In this document: in pieces, positions 24,869 through 39,090 of the stretch
Layout: each line of letters opens with the position of its first letter
How positions within the stretch are numbered: position 1 is the first letter of the stretch
Assembly (NCBI RefSeq): GCF_009834535.1
Contig: NC_045707.1
Span: 49,416,001-49,480,000 of the forward strand
Length of the DNA stretch: 64,000 bases
Origin: Camelus ferus
Lineage: Eukaryota
Reading direction: 5' to 3'
Program-made: the position numbers and the translations under genes
The notes under the pieces: model-generated
Database searches by the model: none
Told to the model about the DNA's origin: nothing
The model's input: the letters and a program-made list of their open reading frames with translations, nothing else

Positions 24869-25331
24869 TGTTAAAGAAAATATTATCCTGACGCTTGTTA
24901 AAATTGGTAAGAAAGGCTTTATTCAAGACTGTTACAGTAGATGTCTAGACTATTGCAATAGGGGAGAGAAATCAGACTCAACTCCAACTATAGCAAAGAC
25001 AGCTGGGGATTTATAGTCAACAAGCAGAGTGAGGGGGTTAGTGGATAGAAAATTACTAAGAGGAGACATCAGGGGCAGGGGGATTCTCGCTAACCTGATT
25101 TAACAGAATTCCTACTGAAGACAAGCCAGGATTATCAGTTATCAACCATGGGGGATAAGGAATTTGATCATATATTGAAGGTGAAGGAATTCTCACTAAA
25201 CTGATTTAAGCAGGGGTTTTGCTACAACTAGACTAGACTGCCAAAGATAAGGTTCAAAGGTGAGACCTTGTTGAAAAGATGGCTCAGAGTAGTTTGTCTG
25301 AAGTTTGATTACAAAAAAAACCATGTTAGTA
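24869..25331 (-). mobile_element. MER31/MER67-like ERV1 solo LTR
   Basis: The reverse complement begins ...tcaaacttcagacaaactactctgagccatcttttcaacaaggtctcacc, like MER31. tttattc near 24918 is the antisense poly(A) signal. Confidence 0.75.
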
Positions 25332-27430
25332 TATTGATGCTGTTTTGCTAAATTAAGAGTCAGAGTATCTTCAACTCAACTTACGTGTATATGATTGTAA
25401 AGGCCACCATGAACGACATACTAGGAGGCTCTTTAGTGATTATGAGACCCAGCCCCTCCCACTTGCCTTCTTCGGTGGCCTGGGTACCTTCCTTTTCTGC
25501 TCAGAGCCAGTTTCCTTATCTGTAAAATAGGGACAGTACCTCATTAATGGACTCTATTTGACAGATGATGTATTGAAAATGCCTGGAAAACTTTAATTTG
25601 CTCTGCAAATGAATGGTACTTTTATTGTTAATAATGCCTGTCTCTTCCTTATCCCAATGAACTCAAGCAATTACTAGCCTGATGCCTTCTGTACCACAGA
25701 TAGAAGTAGCCATTACCTCCTATAACTCCCTCTGTATGTTGTTAACGCCTCTATTGCAGCCTTTATGATTTTGTCTTGCAATTATCTAGTTACACAGCTT
25801 TTCATTCCACTAGTCTTTTCTCAAGACAGGCAGCTTCTTTGTGTTCCCAGTTCCCATGGCACATATTTGGTGTTCAATTAGTATTTGCTGAAAAGACAAA
25901 TAGTTATATAACTTCTTGGTTCCAAGACCATCTACTAAGGATTCTTTGTTTCTCTAGTTTTCCTGAAGCAGCATCCTCCAGCAACCAAAGAAACTCTTTT
26001 CCTGATTCTTCTTTTATATTAAGAAACTAGAGTGAAGCCACTTATTACATAGTTTGCGTTCAAGAAAAGCATGTGAAGCAAAAATCACAAGTAGTCAAAT
26101 TTGTCTTTGAAAAAGTTCTTAAGTAGCTTGTTTATTTCTCTTTTGCATCCTCTTTCATTAGGTTACTGAGAGCAAAAAAAAAAAAAAATTACAAATGAAA
26201 GAGGATTTCCCATGCAATTTTTAGGTGAGCAAAGCAATTTATTTCTGTAAGTTAAATGTGTGTATGCTGGTGTTGTCTTGTATCGTTAGGTCCCACCTAA
26301 TCCCTATCCTCTGATTTTCTTTTTTCCTCTCAGCTGGAACCTTTCCATTCTTGTTTTAGTTTTGAACTTCACTAGTTCCTATCAAAGGCAGTGCCAGGCA
26401 AGAAGACTCAATCAGTTATGGTTCACCATGTGGGCAACTAGCAGCAAACTGTTGTCCCAGCTAGCTTGGCCTGACCCTAATCCTCAGTCCCAATTACGTT
26501 GGGAATTTTCACTTTCTTCCCAAGATCATGTTCTCTGCTTCATGCTTCATGAGTTAACTCTATCCCTGTCTTTCCCTTGATGCATCAATCTCTGTCTGAG
26601 GTATCTGCCTAGTTCCCCATTTCTCTAGGAGGTGACAATGGACTTACAGTTGCTAATCAGCTTCTCCTCATACACCTGGAAGTTCTAATTTCTTTCTCAT
26701 GCTCTCACACTCTATCTGCATTACTGCTATATATTTCAGATAGCTTTGCCAATCAATGCCTTTGCCTTTATTGTCACCAAACCCATCAAATACTATTTCT
26801 TATTGCAAATGGGACTCTCTGCCCCAAGCCCAACAGCTAGTTCCAGGTCCTCACTTTCCTATCTTACTACTGTGAAACTCATCATTGTATCATCACAAAA
26901 TGAATCCAACTCAATTGCAGCAGCTCAGGTTGGCGATAAGTGATTACTGTCAACCACAACTAATGTATAAACAGAGTTAAAACTTTAGTGCAAGAACCAT
27001 GTATTAAATATTAACAGGTTTCTTTACACATCAACTATCTGGTGTATTTTGTTTCTGTGAAGAAAATGAATATCCAAAAATCAGTCTCCAAAGTATTAAT
27101 TTGTTGAGTCATGAAGAGCAAATTTAATTAGGGGATAGAATCCAACATTGGATTTAACTCATAACCTTGAAATAAACTCAAAGGATAATGTGGAATTACC
27201 TATCAGGAGAAAATGGAGGAATGAGATCCAGGCAGTGGTTACTAAGAGATCTGTTTTAGTGATTTATTTCAAAGCCTAACTTATAGATATGAGGTTGATG
27301 GTCTTCAGTTTGGAATTTTTATATATCTCTACGTGTAGAAGAATCCTACATGTGAAAACAATGACTTACCAAACGGCTTAATTTGCTGTGTTCTTGAAAA
27401 GTGTCCAGCAGTGTGTGATTTTTTAAAAAT

Positions 27431-27510
27431 GTGTGTGTATGTGTATACATATATATAATACACCATGTATTTGTGCATGCATGCGCGCACGCACACACAC
27501 ACACACATAA
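27431..27510. repeat. Compound (TG)/(TA)/(CA) microsatellite
   Basis: Seen directly in the sequence. Confidence 0.85.
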
Positions 27511-30500
27511 ACATCCTACTTTGTATCTTGAATTAGATTTAGAAAGTGCTGGAAGTGAGCTATAAAACCAGATCCAGGAATGAGTGATGGTGAAGATTTA
27601 GATTTTCCTTATAAGGCAGACCAAAGTGAGAACCCGCTCATTTGTGTAGCCTAACTGCTCAAACACCTTAGCTGAGGTATGATAAGGAATATGCCTTATT
27701 TCACACAGTAATATGATTTGAATTAATTCTTTCCTCCTGTTTGTTCCTCCTGCAGGCAATTGCAATACCTTTGACCCAACTGCACAAACATAGCAAAATC
27801 ATGGACTCTATAGGCTGTTGGTGTGTAAAGGAACAGCAATAAAAATCAAAGTGAATTTTAGAGTATTATGTGAAAAGCTGGCCACATGTTGAAAGGTACT
27901 TGCTTTTTGCATTTCAAAACCCTCTCTTCTAAGGAAAAACAAATTGAGACTCAGAAAACATGATTGGATTTCTATTGATGTCTCATTATTACTAGGAGTT
28001 CTGTCTGGTCTTAGCATACACGGCTTTGTTATATGGGTACATGAAACACTATAAAGACTCTGACCCTTAACTTAGGCTCTCATCAACCATACCCCATGTC
28101 TTTCTGGTCTGGTCTGTTATCGACATAAAAATTGAGAAGCATAGGGTTCAATACCCATACTCAATTAATTTATCAAATAAGTTCAAACGAGGTATAGCTA
28201 GAGGTAATGGATAATTGGTTTTTTCTGTACACTTTATAAAAACAGAAAAACTAGTATTGTTCAGAGAATTAAAAGATTAAGCAATGCATTTTCTGGAGTC
28301 AGTGGTTTAAATGGACATGGCTCAGAGGAAGAGGGAAAAAAAAGATTATGTACGTGTATAGCATGATTTTTCCTTGAAGCCCTTTTCAACTTTTTACAAA
28401 GCATGACAATACTTTACTAATCTGCTTTCCTGATTGTGATGCTAGCTTTTAAGTCATACACATAAATCAAAAAGCAAACATTCTCTCTACTGTTCTCAGT
28501 CTTGAGAAAAACTCAAGGCATTTGGCATTCTGATGGAGATCAGATAAGACTATATATTCCTCACAAAAGAGCAGTGTGAGAACATGGCATGTACGAATTC
28601 ATTCTAAGGAACAATTATCAACAGTCTGAAGAAAACTGGGCTTTCAAGAACATCAAAACAGGAAGACAATAGTATAAAAATAATCTAACAGTCAATCAGG
28701 TTTACTGGGAAAAAATGCCTTCCATTGTTACCGCTATCAGCCCACTAGAATTAACAAAAAATGCTTTTTGCTATGAATGTTGTTGACAAGGGGAAGAAAG
28801 CTTTTCAATTGGTCTAAGATTAGCTTTTTCCTTTTTGTTGTAATTGCGTGGGAATGAACTATCATTTAACTATCATTTCATTTCTGGATTCATTCCATTA
28901 ATTTATAGCCTAGAAGCACACATGGGGCTTAATTCATAGAGAGCTAAACTATTCTCCTATCTGAGCTTTCAACCTCATCATTCAGATTCCCTCAGTGATG
29001 GAGGAACTTAAAGGACAATTGTTTTCTCCTTATTTCCATAATTTCATGCCTATAAATCCTTTTCATAATTCTTACATGATTTCATAAATTATATATAACA
29101 CACAAATTGGTTTATAATTTACCTCATTCTTGCAAATAAAGCTATTTGCTTAAAGTCACTGAAAATGATGTATGTCAGACTAGTTGTAAAAGAATCTGAG
29201 AAACGTGGAGTATGAATAGGGCCAGTTCTGGGGTTGTTTTAAATTAGCTGTGACTTATCTGGAATGATAGGAAAAGTACAACATAATGTAAAACAATAAC
29301 AAAGAGAGACCCAGGAGAGAGCAGGTCAAAGAGCTACTTTTCCTGTCCATTCAGTGATTTTGTTCTTATGATTATTTTACACTCACACACAAGCACACAC
29401 AAGTAAAAGCTCACGACTCTTTTCAGTAACACAGCCCTCCTACTCCCCCACTTCAGTAACACAGCTGCCCACTCCCATTGTGCCACTGAGGAATATCCTG
29501 GGTTTGAAAATTGTGATTGCTTAATAACCCTCCTTTACAATTCTCAAGAAATTTTGAACTTCATTACTGTTTCCTTTAGAAGGAACATGTCATCAATTCT
29601 AGGACATGACTTTATGCAAATGATTCCAAAATCATTTCTTGATTGATAAGATTAATATTTCTAGAGATCATGTTTTCTATTCCATTTTCTGTAGTCTTTC
29701 CTGTCCTGGATTTTCTAGTGCTCTATGTTAAAAGCAGGAAGATTATTAGATATGTAAAAATATGTTTAAAATATAAAATAAAAATTTCATATCATAATTT
29801 TAATCAAATCTATAAATTGAATACATTAGTAACTACAATTAATATTACAAAAGTCCCCACAGTTCAGTTGAGATATGGCTCCTATTGATTATGGCTTATA
29901 GTATATCAATAAAGAACAAAATTCATTTAGCAGAAAATTTTGGCAATTTATGTTTATGGAAGAGAGGTTCAATATTTACATAGTTGTCGAATCCTGGATA
30001 AATGAGTGAAAAAGTAACTTGAGATTCATTTTTGTAGCTTTGGCCTTTTCATATACAGGAAGGTGAATTCAATGGTTAATAAATACAAAAAATAATTATT
30101 ATTATTATTCATTCAAGACTGTGTATATAGCTCATTATCTTTACGAGAGTACATAGCCCACCAATTTACTTCAAATCTATCACAGACAAAATCACTTGAA
30201 AGGAAGTTTCCACACTAACTAAAGTTAATACTAAATCATCCATTATTGAAATGGTAGATAAACTAAGGCTTTGGTAAATAAAATTCACATATTTTGATAC
30301 CTTAACAATAAGTCATTTGGATTCAAAGACAGAGATACAAATCCTAGCTCTGTGTCTTGGGGCAACTTAAAAAAAAAAAACTATTATTTTTGTATTCTTT
30401 ATCTGTTAAAGGAATTTACAATCTATGAATTGTCAGCATAAACATAGCGAGTGTTTTTGAAAACTTTGGGCAACATTATTATGTAAATCTGAATTTAGAT

Positions 30501-30604
30501 ACTTTGTAATTAACCATAGGATCTTTAAGGTAGAAATGGCTTTTAAGATGATGTATTAATATGAGCTTTTGGGGCAAAAAGACCTAGGTTTGTATGACAG
30601 ATAC

Positions 30605-31035
30605 TGTGAGTGGGTTTTTCAAAATTCACTTATGCCTTTTGGCTGCCTTCTTGTATTGCAGAGACTAGAAAGCAAAAAATTTTCTTGATTCCCTTGTAGC
30701 CATTACTCTAAATGGGATTTAACTTTATACATTCAGATGAACTAGTGCAAGATTTGAACTGAATTCAGAACCGAGTTATTTGATTCAGAAGGCAAGGCAT
30801 GCATTTTTAAGGTGCAGATTATAGCAGAGATGTCATATCATAGTAACGTTATCAATGGCTGAGAAGTTTGACAGAGGAGCCTTCCCAAACTTAGCAATGG
30901 CAGTGAGACTCTGCAGCAGATAGTTGTAGAAGTGACGTCTTGACTGCGTAAACAGCATTCTGTCCATGGTCGAGTTGCAGCTCCCTTAATTGTCCAGTTC
31001 TGTAGTGTATAATTTCCACCATAGGGCCTTCCTTC
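30605..31035 (+). mobile_element. Old ERVL LTR fragment (LTR41/LTR33/LTR16 group)
   Basis: gcagagactagaaagcaaaaaattttcttgattcccttgtagc motif. Confidence 0.5.
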
Positions 31036-33719
31036 CCAGAGAACACAGGTTCAGGGAGTCTTTGTCCACCCAAGATACACCTGGAAAATCTGGACAGGAG
31101 TCATAAAATGACACATGGAAACAACGACCCAGTCACATTAGCCTGTTAAAACAGATTAAGAAACTCAGCTCAGAGAGGTTAAGGAACTGTCCTTGGATCA
31201 CACTGTAGTTGCCATAAGAGAAATACAAATTTAATATGACTCAGGCCAGAAGGCACCAGTACATCAATACTAGTGAACAATTTCTGTAATGGTTGGTAAA
31301 TAGCCACTGCTTTGTGTCCCCTGTATGCCCCTGGCCCTTCTCTTAGGGCCCAGGGGACTTTCTCACCAGCTAGAAAGGAATAGGAATGCCTGGGACAGCA
31401 GGGGTACGGTAGTATTTTGGCCATTTCTTTTCTGATTGTATGACTTGTGCATCTAATTGCTGAATATTTTTATTTTCACCCCTGCGTGTGACTCTGTAGG
31501 CAGGTGCTTTCTACCACACCACTTATGTCTTTGCTTAATAAATACTTTATTGAATTCACCAGAATACTTAGATTTCAAACTGAAGTAACACAATTTTTAT
31601 CTCTTCTTAGGACAATAATTCTGTTACTGTTTTTGGAAGACGGAGGCAATGCTAGAAATTTAGCAATCCTCTGTCATCAGAGGTAGCACATCCAAAGATG
31701 TCAATCTATAAAATTTTATTTTTGACAGGTGGGTAGCAGCTTTATAGTGTTGGTGAAATGCTTAACAAACTGAAAAATGAATCTGAGATGAAAGCCATCT
31801 ATCTTCAGTGCCAATAACAGATTCAGAGCTAGTCTTGAATACATAAGATTTTATAATTTTCACATTTGTAAAGAATCAAGAGAAAACAAGCCAAAGGCCA
31901 TTAAGCTATACAATGCTATGCAACTGAGTTATTTTACTTAAGGAAACACTAGGCATTATGACAAAATTCTTTACATTTATACCTCTTGGCATCTGAGTTT
32001 GACAGCTGCATTTAGCAACAAACATACAGAAAAACTCTCTTCCTGTTATAGCTTGTTATCATAAATTACTCCCAAGTTCTCAAAATGCAAAATTCCCCAG
32101 ACTTTCTAGATCCTTAATCAATAATGAGTGAGTCATTACACAAATACTGCTGGAAGGATCAGCCTTTAACCGAGAAATGGAAGATAGATTTTTTTTTTAT
32201 CTTTCCTGGCACCTAATTCTACTGTAAAATAAATGTGTCATAATTTATTTAAAGTTCAGGGAAAAGAGAAAGCCCAAGAGTTCCTGAGTCTAGTGTACTT
32301 ACCTCATGGAAAAATTATAACTGGTCAGATAACTGCTGCTACTGAATTTAAAAAAATAATGCTAGACATAACAGCATAATGGATGAGAGTAGAAGTTGGA
32401 GAAGCCACAAAATTCTCAAAACAAAATACAAATGTTCCCATCTCTAGGCTTCACAATTTTACTGGAAGAATTCAATAATCAAAACAAAAGCATCTTTAAA
32501 ACTATTAAAATAGTTGAAAATAATGCTTGATATTCCAGTAAGCATGGTAAAATGAAAATGCATATTTATTCCACTCTGTCCTAAAACTCCACTAATACAA
32601 GAGCACGAGTAAATATAAATAAAATATTTTCAAAGGGTGCATTGCTTCCCACTTAATCAAAAAGAATGGGACAGGAGAAAATAGAAGAAAGTTGGTAATA
32701 AAAATTTAGAAGATTGAACTAGTAACTGACTTAGCAGAGAGACAAAAGCTGAAACTAAGTACTTGCATTTATCATTTACCAAATATTTATTATGCCCCTA
32801 CTATGTGCCAGGCCCTGCTCTAGGGAGAAGCAATAGAGCAGCAAATTCAAAAGGCAAGAATTGTGCCCTTATGGAACTTAAATAGAAGAAGCCCCTAAGA
32901 AGAAAGTTGATTTGTACCACAAGACCACAGAGAGGCTGAAGACAAATTTAGGGTATAGAGTGGCTTGCAGCTCTGAAAGTGTAGGTGAGGAAAGGTGCTA
33001 AAAATAAGAGGAGAGGGTAAAAGTCTTTTTAAGGGAAATTAGATTATTACATTCTACTCAGTACAGTGAGTGTCCTGCACCAACCTTCCAAGAGTAAAAT
33101 ATATGGCCCCTGTTTCACTTCCATCTTCCAAACTTTGAGCAAAATGACTCAAGCAGCCAGTGCTAACCTAGGACCATATCAAGTGGGGCATTCTGGGAAA
33201 TGTAATTCCAGTTTGTCTAAGTTGACACAATACAAAACCACGAGGAGAAATATTTGAGATTCAGAAAATAGGGGACTCAAGAAAGCAGTGAAGTAAGAGA
33301 ACTCTGAGGATGATAAAGGAAGTTTCAAGAGAAAAACAACCAAGCAAAATGTCTAGAAAGAAATCAATACAGATTGGAGCAGGAGGACAGAGGGCTCCAA
33401 GAAATATGGATTCAAGAAAAATGTGAACTGTTAAACTAACTGAGGTGTTTGATCTTAATAAGAGGCATTTTTCAGTTCTTGTTGGAGAACAATTAAAAAC
33501 TATGGGGAAAAATTGAATAGATGTACAAGAAACAAAATGTAATCATAGTATTCTGCACTGCTCAGTTGTTAATGATATTTGCATCATTATAATCATCTCT
33601 ACATTGAGTGGTGATTCAACAAAAATTAAGAAGAAATATAGAGAGAGGAGGCAAGGCAGTATTTGAAAACTAATACAACCTTATTCGTAGTTGGAAGTCA
33701 GAATATAATGTGAAAGCTC

Positions 33720-35938
33720 TTTTAATTATTTTTAGAACTGTTCTATATTGAAAAAAATTTAGCTTAGAGTACAGAATCCTCAAGAATCCCTCCCACACAC
33801 ATACAGCTTCCTCTATTATTCATATCTTGCATTAGTATAGTATGTGTAATATAATTAATGGACCAATAATTATTAACTACAGTCCATAGTTGATGTTAAG
33901 GCTTACACTGTGTTATACAGTCCGATGGATGAAGGAAGAGGGTAAAATGCATAATGTCATGTATCTGCCATTATAATATCATACAGAAATAGTTTACCTG
34001 TCCTAAAATTCCCCTGTATTTCACTTCTTCATCTCAGAGGTTCCCAAACCTCAGACCATCACTTCTCTTTATACTGTCTTTAGATTTTTGTCTTTTTTCA
34101 GAATGTCAAATAGTTGGCATCGTGCAATAGTTAGACTTTTCACACTGACTTATTTCACTTGGAAATATGTATTTAAATTTCCTCCATGTCTTTTCATTGC
34201 TCAGTAGCTCATTTATTTTTACCACTGATTAATATTTCCTTGTAGGCATGTACCACAGTTTCTTCATCCATTTACCTATGAAATGACATTTTGGTTGCTT
34301 CTAGTTTGGCATAATTACAAGTAAAACTGCTATAAACATTTGTGTGCAGATTCCTGTATGGACATAAGCTTTCAACTCATTTGGATAAATACCTAGAAGA
34401 ACGATGCTGTATCATATGGTAGGATTATGTTTAGCTTTGTAAGAAACTGCCAAACTATCTTCCAAAGTGGCTGGACCATTTGCATTCCCACCGGCAATGA
34501 TGAGACCTCCTGTTATTCTGCATCCTTACCAACATTGACTATTGTTATATTCTAGGTTTTCATCATTCTAATAAATGAGTAGTCATATCTAATTGCTGTT
34601 TTAATTTTCAATTCCCTTATGACATATGATGTTGTGCATCTTTTTATATACTTAGTTGCTATCTGTATATCTTCTTCGATGAAATGTCTCCTCACATCTT
34701 TTCCCCATTCTTAAATTGTATTGTTTGTGTTCTTATTGTTGAGTTTTAAGAGTTCTTTGCTTATTTTAGAAGCAAATTCTTTATCAGATATTTTCTCCCA
34801 GTCAGTTGCTTGTATTTAAATTTTCTAAATGATGTTTTTTATAGAGCAGAAGTTTTTAATTTCAGTGAAGACTAATATCTTCTTTCCCCCCTCAGGGATT
34901 ATGCTTATGGTGTTGTATGTAAAAACTCAAGTTTACTTAGATTTTCTCCTACTGTGTTCTAGAAGTTTTATAGTTTGTGTTTTTCATTTAGGTCTCTGAT
35001 TCACTTTGATTTAATTTTTGTGGAAGCTGTAAAGTCTCTGTCTAGATTCTTGTGTGGATGTGTATGTATGTATCCATTTGTCCCAATGCCATTTGTTGAA
35101 AAGATTATCTTTTCTTCATTTAATTGCTTTGTTCCTTTGTCAAAAATCAGTTGACTATATTTGTGTGGGTCTATTTCTGTTCTCTCCTTTCTTTTCTGTT
35201 GATCTATTTGTTCATTCCTTCTCTATTGCCGTGCTGTCTTGATTACTGTAGCTTTACAGCAAGTCTGTAAATTAAGTGATATCATTCCTCCAATTTTGTG
35301 TTTGTTTAGTATTGCGTTGGCTATCCTGAGTCTCTTATCTTTTCAAATAAATTTTATAATCATTCTGTTGATATACTCAAAATAACATGCTGGCATTTGA
35401 CTGGAATTGCATTGAACCTGCAGATCAAATTGAGAGCAGACATCTTAATAATATTGAGTCCTCTTATTCATGAACATGGAATATCTCTCCATTTATTTTG
35501 ATCTTTGACTTCTTTCATCAGTTTTATAGTTTTTCTCATATGTAGATCCTATACAATTTTTGTTAGATTTATGTCTAAATATTTCATTTTTAATGCTAAT
35601 ATGAATGGTGCTGTGTTTTAAATTTCAGATTCTAATTTTCTGTTGCTGGTATATAAGAAAGCAATTGACTTTTATATATTAACCTTGAATGCACAAATCT
35701 GCTATAATAACTTATTAGTTCCAGGGTTTTTTTTTTTTTTTTTTTTTTTGTCAACTCTAAGACTTATGCATATTTAACTATGTCATCATCAAATAAATAA
35801 TAGTTTTATTTCAGCCTTCCCAATCTGTATACCTTTTATTTCTTTTTCTTGTGTTATTGCATTCTAGTACAGCGCTGAATAGAAGTGGTGAGACAGAACA
35901 AGCTTGTCTTATTCCTGGTTTTAAAGGGAAAGCAACTT
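33720..35938 (-). mobile_element. L1MC1/L1MC2-like 3' region (~2.2 kb)
   Basis: T-rich antisense L1 landmarks: agtccatagtt, aagaaactgccaaactatcttccaaagtggctg, gattactgtagctttacagcaagtct, ttgctggtatataagaaagcaattgactttt. Confidence 0.88.
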
Positions 35939-37265
35939 TCATCACAGAAGGAAATCAGAATATAATTTTTAAAGGCAATAAACAGACTGCTAAGTATGTT
36001 ATTTTAAAACATAGAGTTAAATATCAGATAAAATAGATAAAAATAAAGATTTTGCCTCTGCAATGTGGAATGTTGAGGAAAAGGAGAAGTGATAAAAGGG
36101 GCCTGCTGTTTATCACTAAATCTTTTCGTACTATTTGACTTGCAAAGCATATGTTACTATGAATATTTTAATAATTGTCTTCAAAATTATATCATAAGTA
36201 ATTTTGATGAGGCTAATTTTGAGACTAATTGGGGGCAACTTATGTCAATCAGTTAACACAGTTTCTGGCACATAGAAGGAAACCATTGAATGTTATTCAC
36301 ATGATTAAAAAGAAAAAAGATGATGATTTTAGTAGCAATCATATTAGTATTACCTTCATAGAGAACACCATCTAGGTAGAATAAAATTCATAAATGAAGT
36401 TGACATACATGGGTGGATTTTAAAGGACTGTTGGTAGGTGGTTGCTGGTTGTTTAATAAATCCATATAGACAAACTTACACAAAAATCATTCAACTTGAT
36501 TGATAGCTTCTCCTTACTAGAGTAGGTGGGCATTAGCTTCTGATAGGCAGAGGAGGAGAAAGAAAATGGATTAGGCTTTTTTGTTGTTTTTGTTTGTTTT
36601 TCCCCTCTGTTCACTGGCCCAGGAAAGAGAAATGCAGAGAATCTGTGAAGAAGGTCTGAATTCTTTTGTCAGTCATTCTGGACACATCTTTTTAGTTCTT
36701 TTCAGGAAATATTTGATTAGATATTGTTTCTACAGTGCTAAAAATTGAATTTATGTCCTCCTTTTTTCTTTGCATTTCTCTCATTGAATCTTGAATCAAC
36801 ATAAAGTCAGTGCATTAAAAATGTAAAATCAATATAACTTACCACACACCTATCTCTCATCTGAAAATTACATCCTTCCAAATAAAGACTTTTCTTCCAA
36901 CAAAACGTGATATGCATTTTAGACTCTATGTATCAATCATAAAACACATCCTTTTTGCTCACTTTAGTGATAAGAATTGAATTTGAGGACTTTTGCTTTA
37001 AAAAGTAAGGCAGACTAGATACTAAAAGACTATCCTTCTATTAGACAACCAGGTCCTTGATAAAATAAAACTTCCATGCACTTTGAGGTATACAGTAAAT
37101 AAAAGAAAATGTCTAAGCACCTCTCAAGTTCTCCATCTTAAACACTACCAGCCCCCTTACCCTTTTGAGAGAAAAAAAAAATGACAACTGAAACAAGGGC
37201 AGGAGGCAGTGAAAAGTAAGGCAGCAAAAGAAGGGCTTTCTCTGAAGGAAAATGGTACTACCAGT

Positions 37266-37928
37266 CTGTGTTTCTTTTTTATGTTGCATTACACATTACC
37301 ACAAAGTTAGAGACTTAAAGCAAAATACATTTACTATCTCACAGTTTCTGTGGATCAGGAGTCTTAGTTTAGCTGAGTCCTCTGCAAGGCTGCAATCAAG
37401 CTATAAACAAGGTCCCGTTCTCATCTGGAAACTTACTAAAGAAAGTTTGTTTCCAAGTTCACTAATGTTGTTGAAAGAATTCATTTTTCTGCAGTTTTAA
37501 AACTCATAGCTGCTGCTTTCTTCAAAGTCAGCAAGGAGGGCAAGATTTTATAAAAGTCAGCAAGGAGGGCAAGATTTTAGAGCCAGTCAGCTAAGATGAT
37601 GGATTCTTATATAATGTAACATAATGATGGGAATGGCATCCAGTTACCTTTGCCATATCCCATTGGTTGGAAGCAAGTTACTTACTGGTCCTGTCCATAC
37701 TCAAGGAGTAGGGAGGGTATAGCTCAGTGGTAGAGAGCATGCTTAGCATGCACGAAGTCCTGGGTTTAATCCCCGGTACCTCCTCTAAAAATAAATAAAT
37801 AAATATAATTACCTCCCCCCAAAACAAAACAAAACAAACAAAAAGTAAGAAGCAACATACTCAAGGAGAGGGAATTATACAGGGGCATGTGTACCAGGAG
37901 GTGGCCATCATAAAGTCTGTCCACCATA
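37266..37928 (-). mobile_element. MLT1E-type MaLR LTR interrupted by a SINE
   Basis: acattaccacaaagttag...tctcacagtttctgtggatcaggagtc...ctcaaggagagggaattataca...tctgtccaccata. Confidence 0.75.
37709..37855 (+). mobile_element. tRNA-Ala-derived camelid SINE (Vic-1 type)
   Basis: gggagggtatagctcagtggtagagagcatgcttagcatgcacgaagtcctgggtttaatcccc plus an A-rich tail. Perfect 13-bp TSD catactcaaggag at 37696-37708 and 37856-37868. Confidence 0.95.
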
Positions 37929-38874
37929 AGACTGATATTGATCAGGATTCTAAGGACAATGGAATGGACAAGAGTGGAACTTGAGATTTCTTCATTTAGT
38001 CAACAACTCAAAAGGGCATAAATGGATCACCAACTGTCTATAACATTATATGGCTTCTTGTAAGGAAACAAGAAAGGAGGTAAGCAAGTCTTTCAGATGT
38101 TTAACTACATAAGAAGCACCATATTGTTTCCAAAGAGCTTGTACCAACTTGCATTTTAAAATCATCTTTGGATGATAATATCCTCAATTTAGGCTTCCAG
38201 AACGCTTAATAATGAGATTTGTGAAATTTGGGTTTATTATAACAAATGCAAACACATAAGGAAATAAAATAAATGAGAGTCTGCAAAAAGTAATGAAGAA
38301 CAGAGTTATGCCCCTGCAGCATTTAGATATTGAAATTATCAGAAGTGGTTTATAAACTATGAATTAAATATTACAAAAATAAAAATGAGATTTTGTTTTT
38401 AAAATAACATACTAAAAATAACAAGCCAGTATTTTAAAAAATAAATAAATATTTCAAAATGGAAAATTGTTAAAATAAGAAAATCAGTAAATGTTAAAAA
38501 GTAGATCAGGTACTGCCAAAGAAAGAATTATAACATTGGAAGATGAAGAAAAAGGAGACACACAGACTTCTGCATAAAGAGAAAAGAAGATAAAAAATAA
38601 TTTTTAAATGGCATGAACAATGGGGAAAGCAGAATGAAATAGTTTAATGTGTACTTTTTCAGAGTCTTAGGAAGAAAGGATAGACACTATGAAGGATAAG
38701 TTATATTCGAAGACATAATAGCTGTAGATGACACTTAGAAAGTATAATGTAAAATAAAAAAGTCAGCCACAAGGACATAGACATACTTATTCCATTTTTG
38801 TAAAACTCAAAACCAAGCAAAGCCAAAAAGAATATTATCCAGTGATAGGTGTTACTAATCTCAGTGATGGTGAT

Positions 38875-39090
38875 AATGATTAACAGTTAAGATAAACACA
38901 GGGCTTACCATATGCAAAGCCTCTTTCTGCATGCCACAAATATATTAACCCATATAATTCTTAGATGAGATAGATATTATAATTACCCCCAAAATAGTAG
39001 TTTGGAAACTGAGGCAAAAGAGGGTTAAATAACTCATCCAATGCAGCTGGTCTGACTCAGAGTCTGCCTTCTTAACCATTATGCTATGCT
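38875..39090 (-). mobile_element. MIR SINE
   Basis: ggaaactgaggcaaaagagggttaaataactc core. Confidence 0.7.

Noticed and set aside
37711..37783. tRNA-Ala gene
   Set aside because: An A-rich tail and 13-bp TSD show it is a SINE; the same applies to the copy near 17.1 kb.
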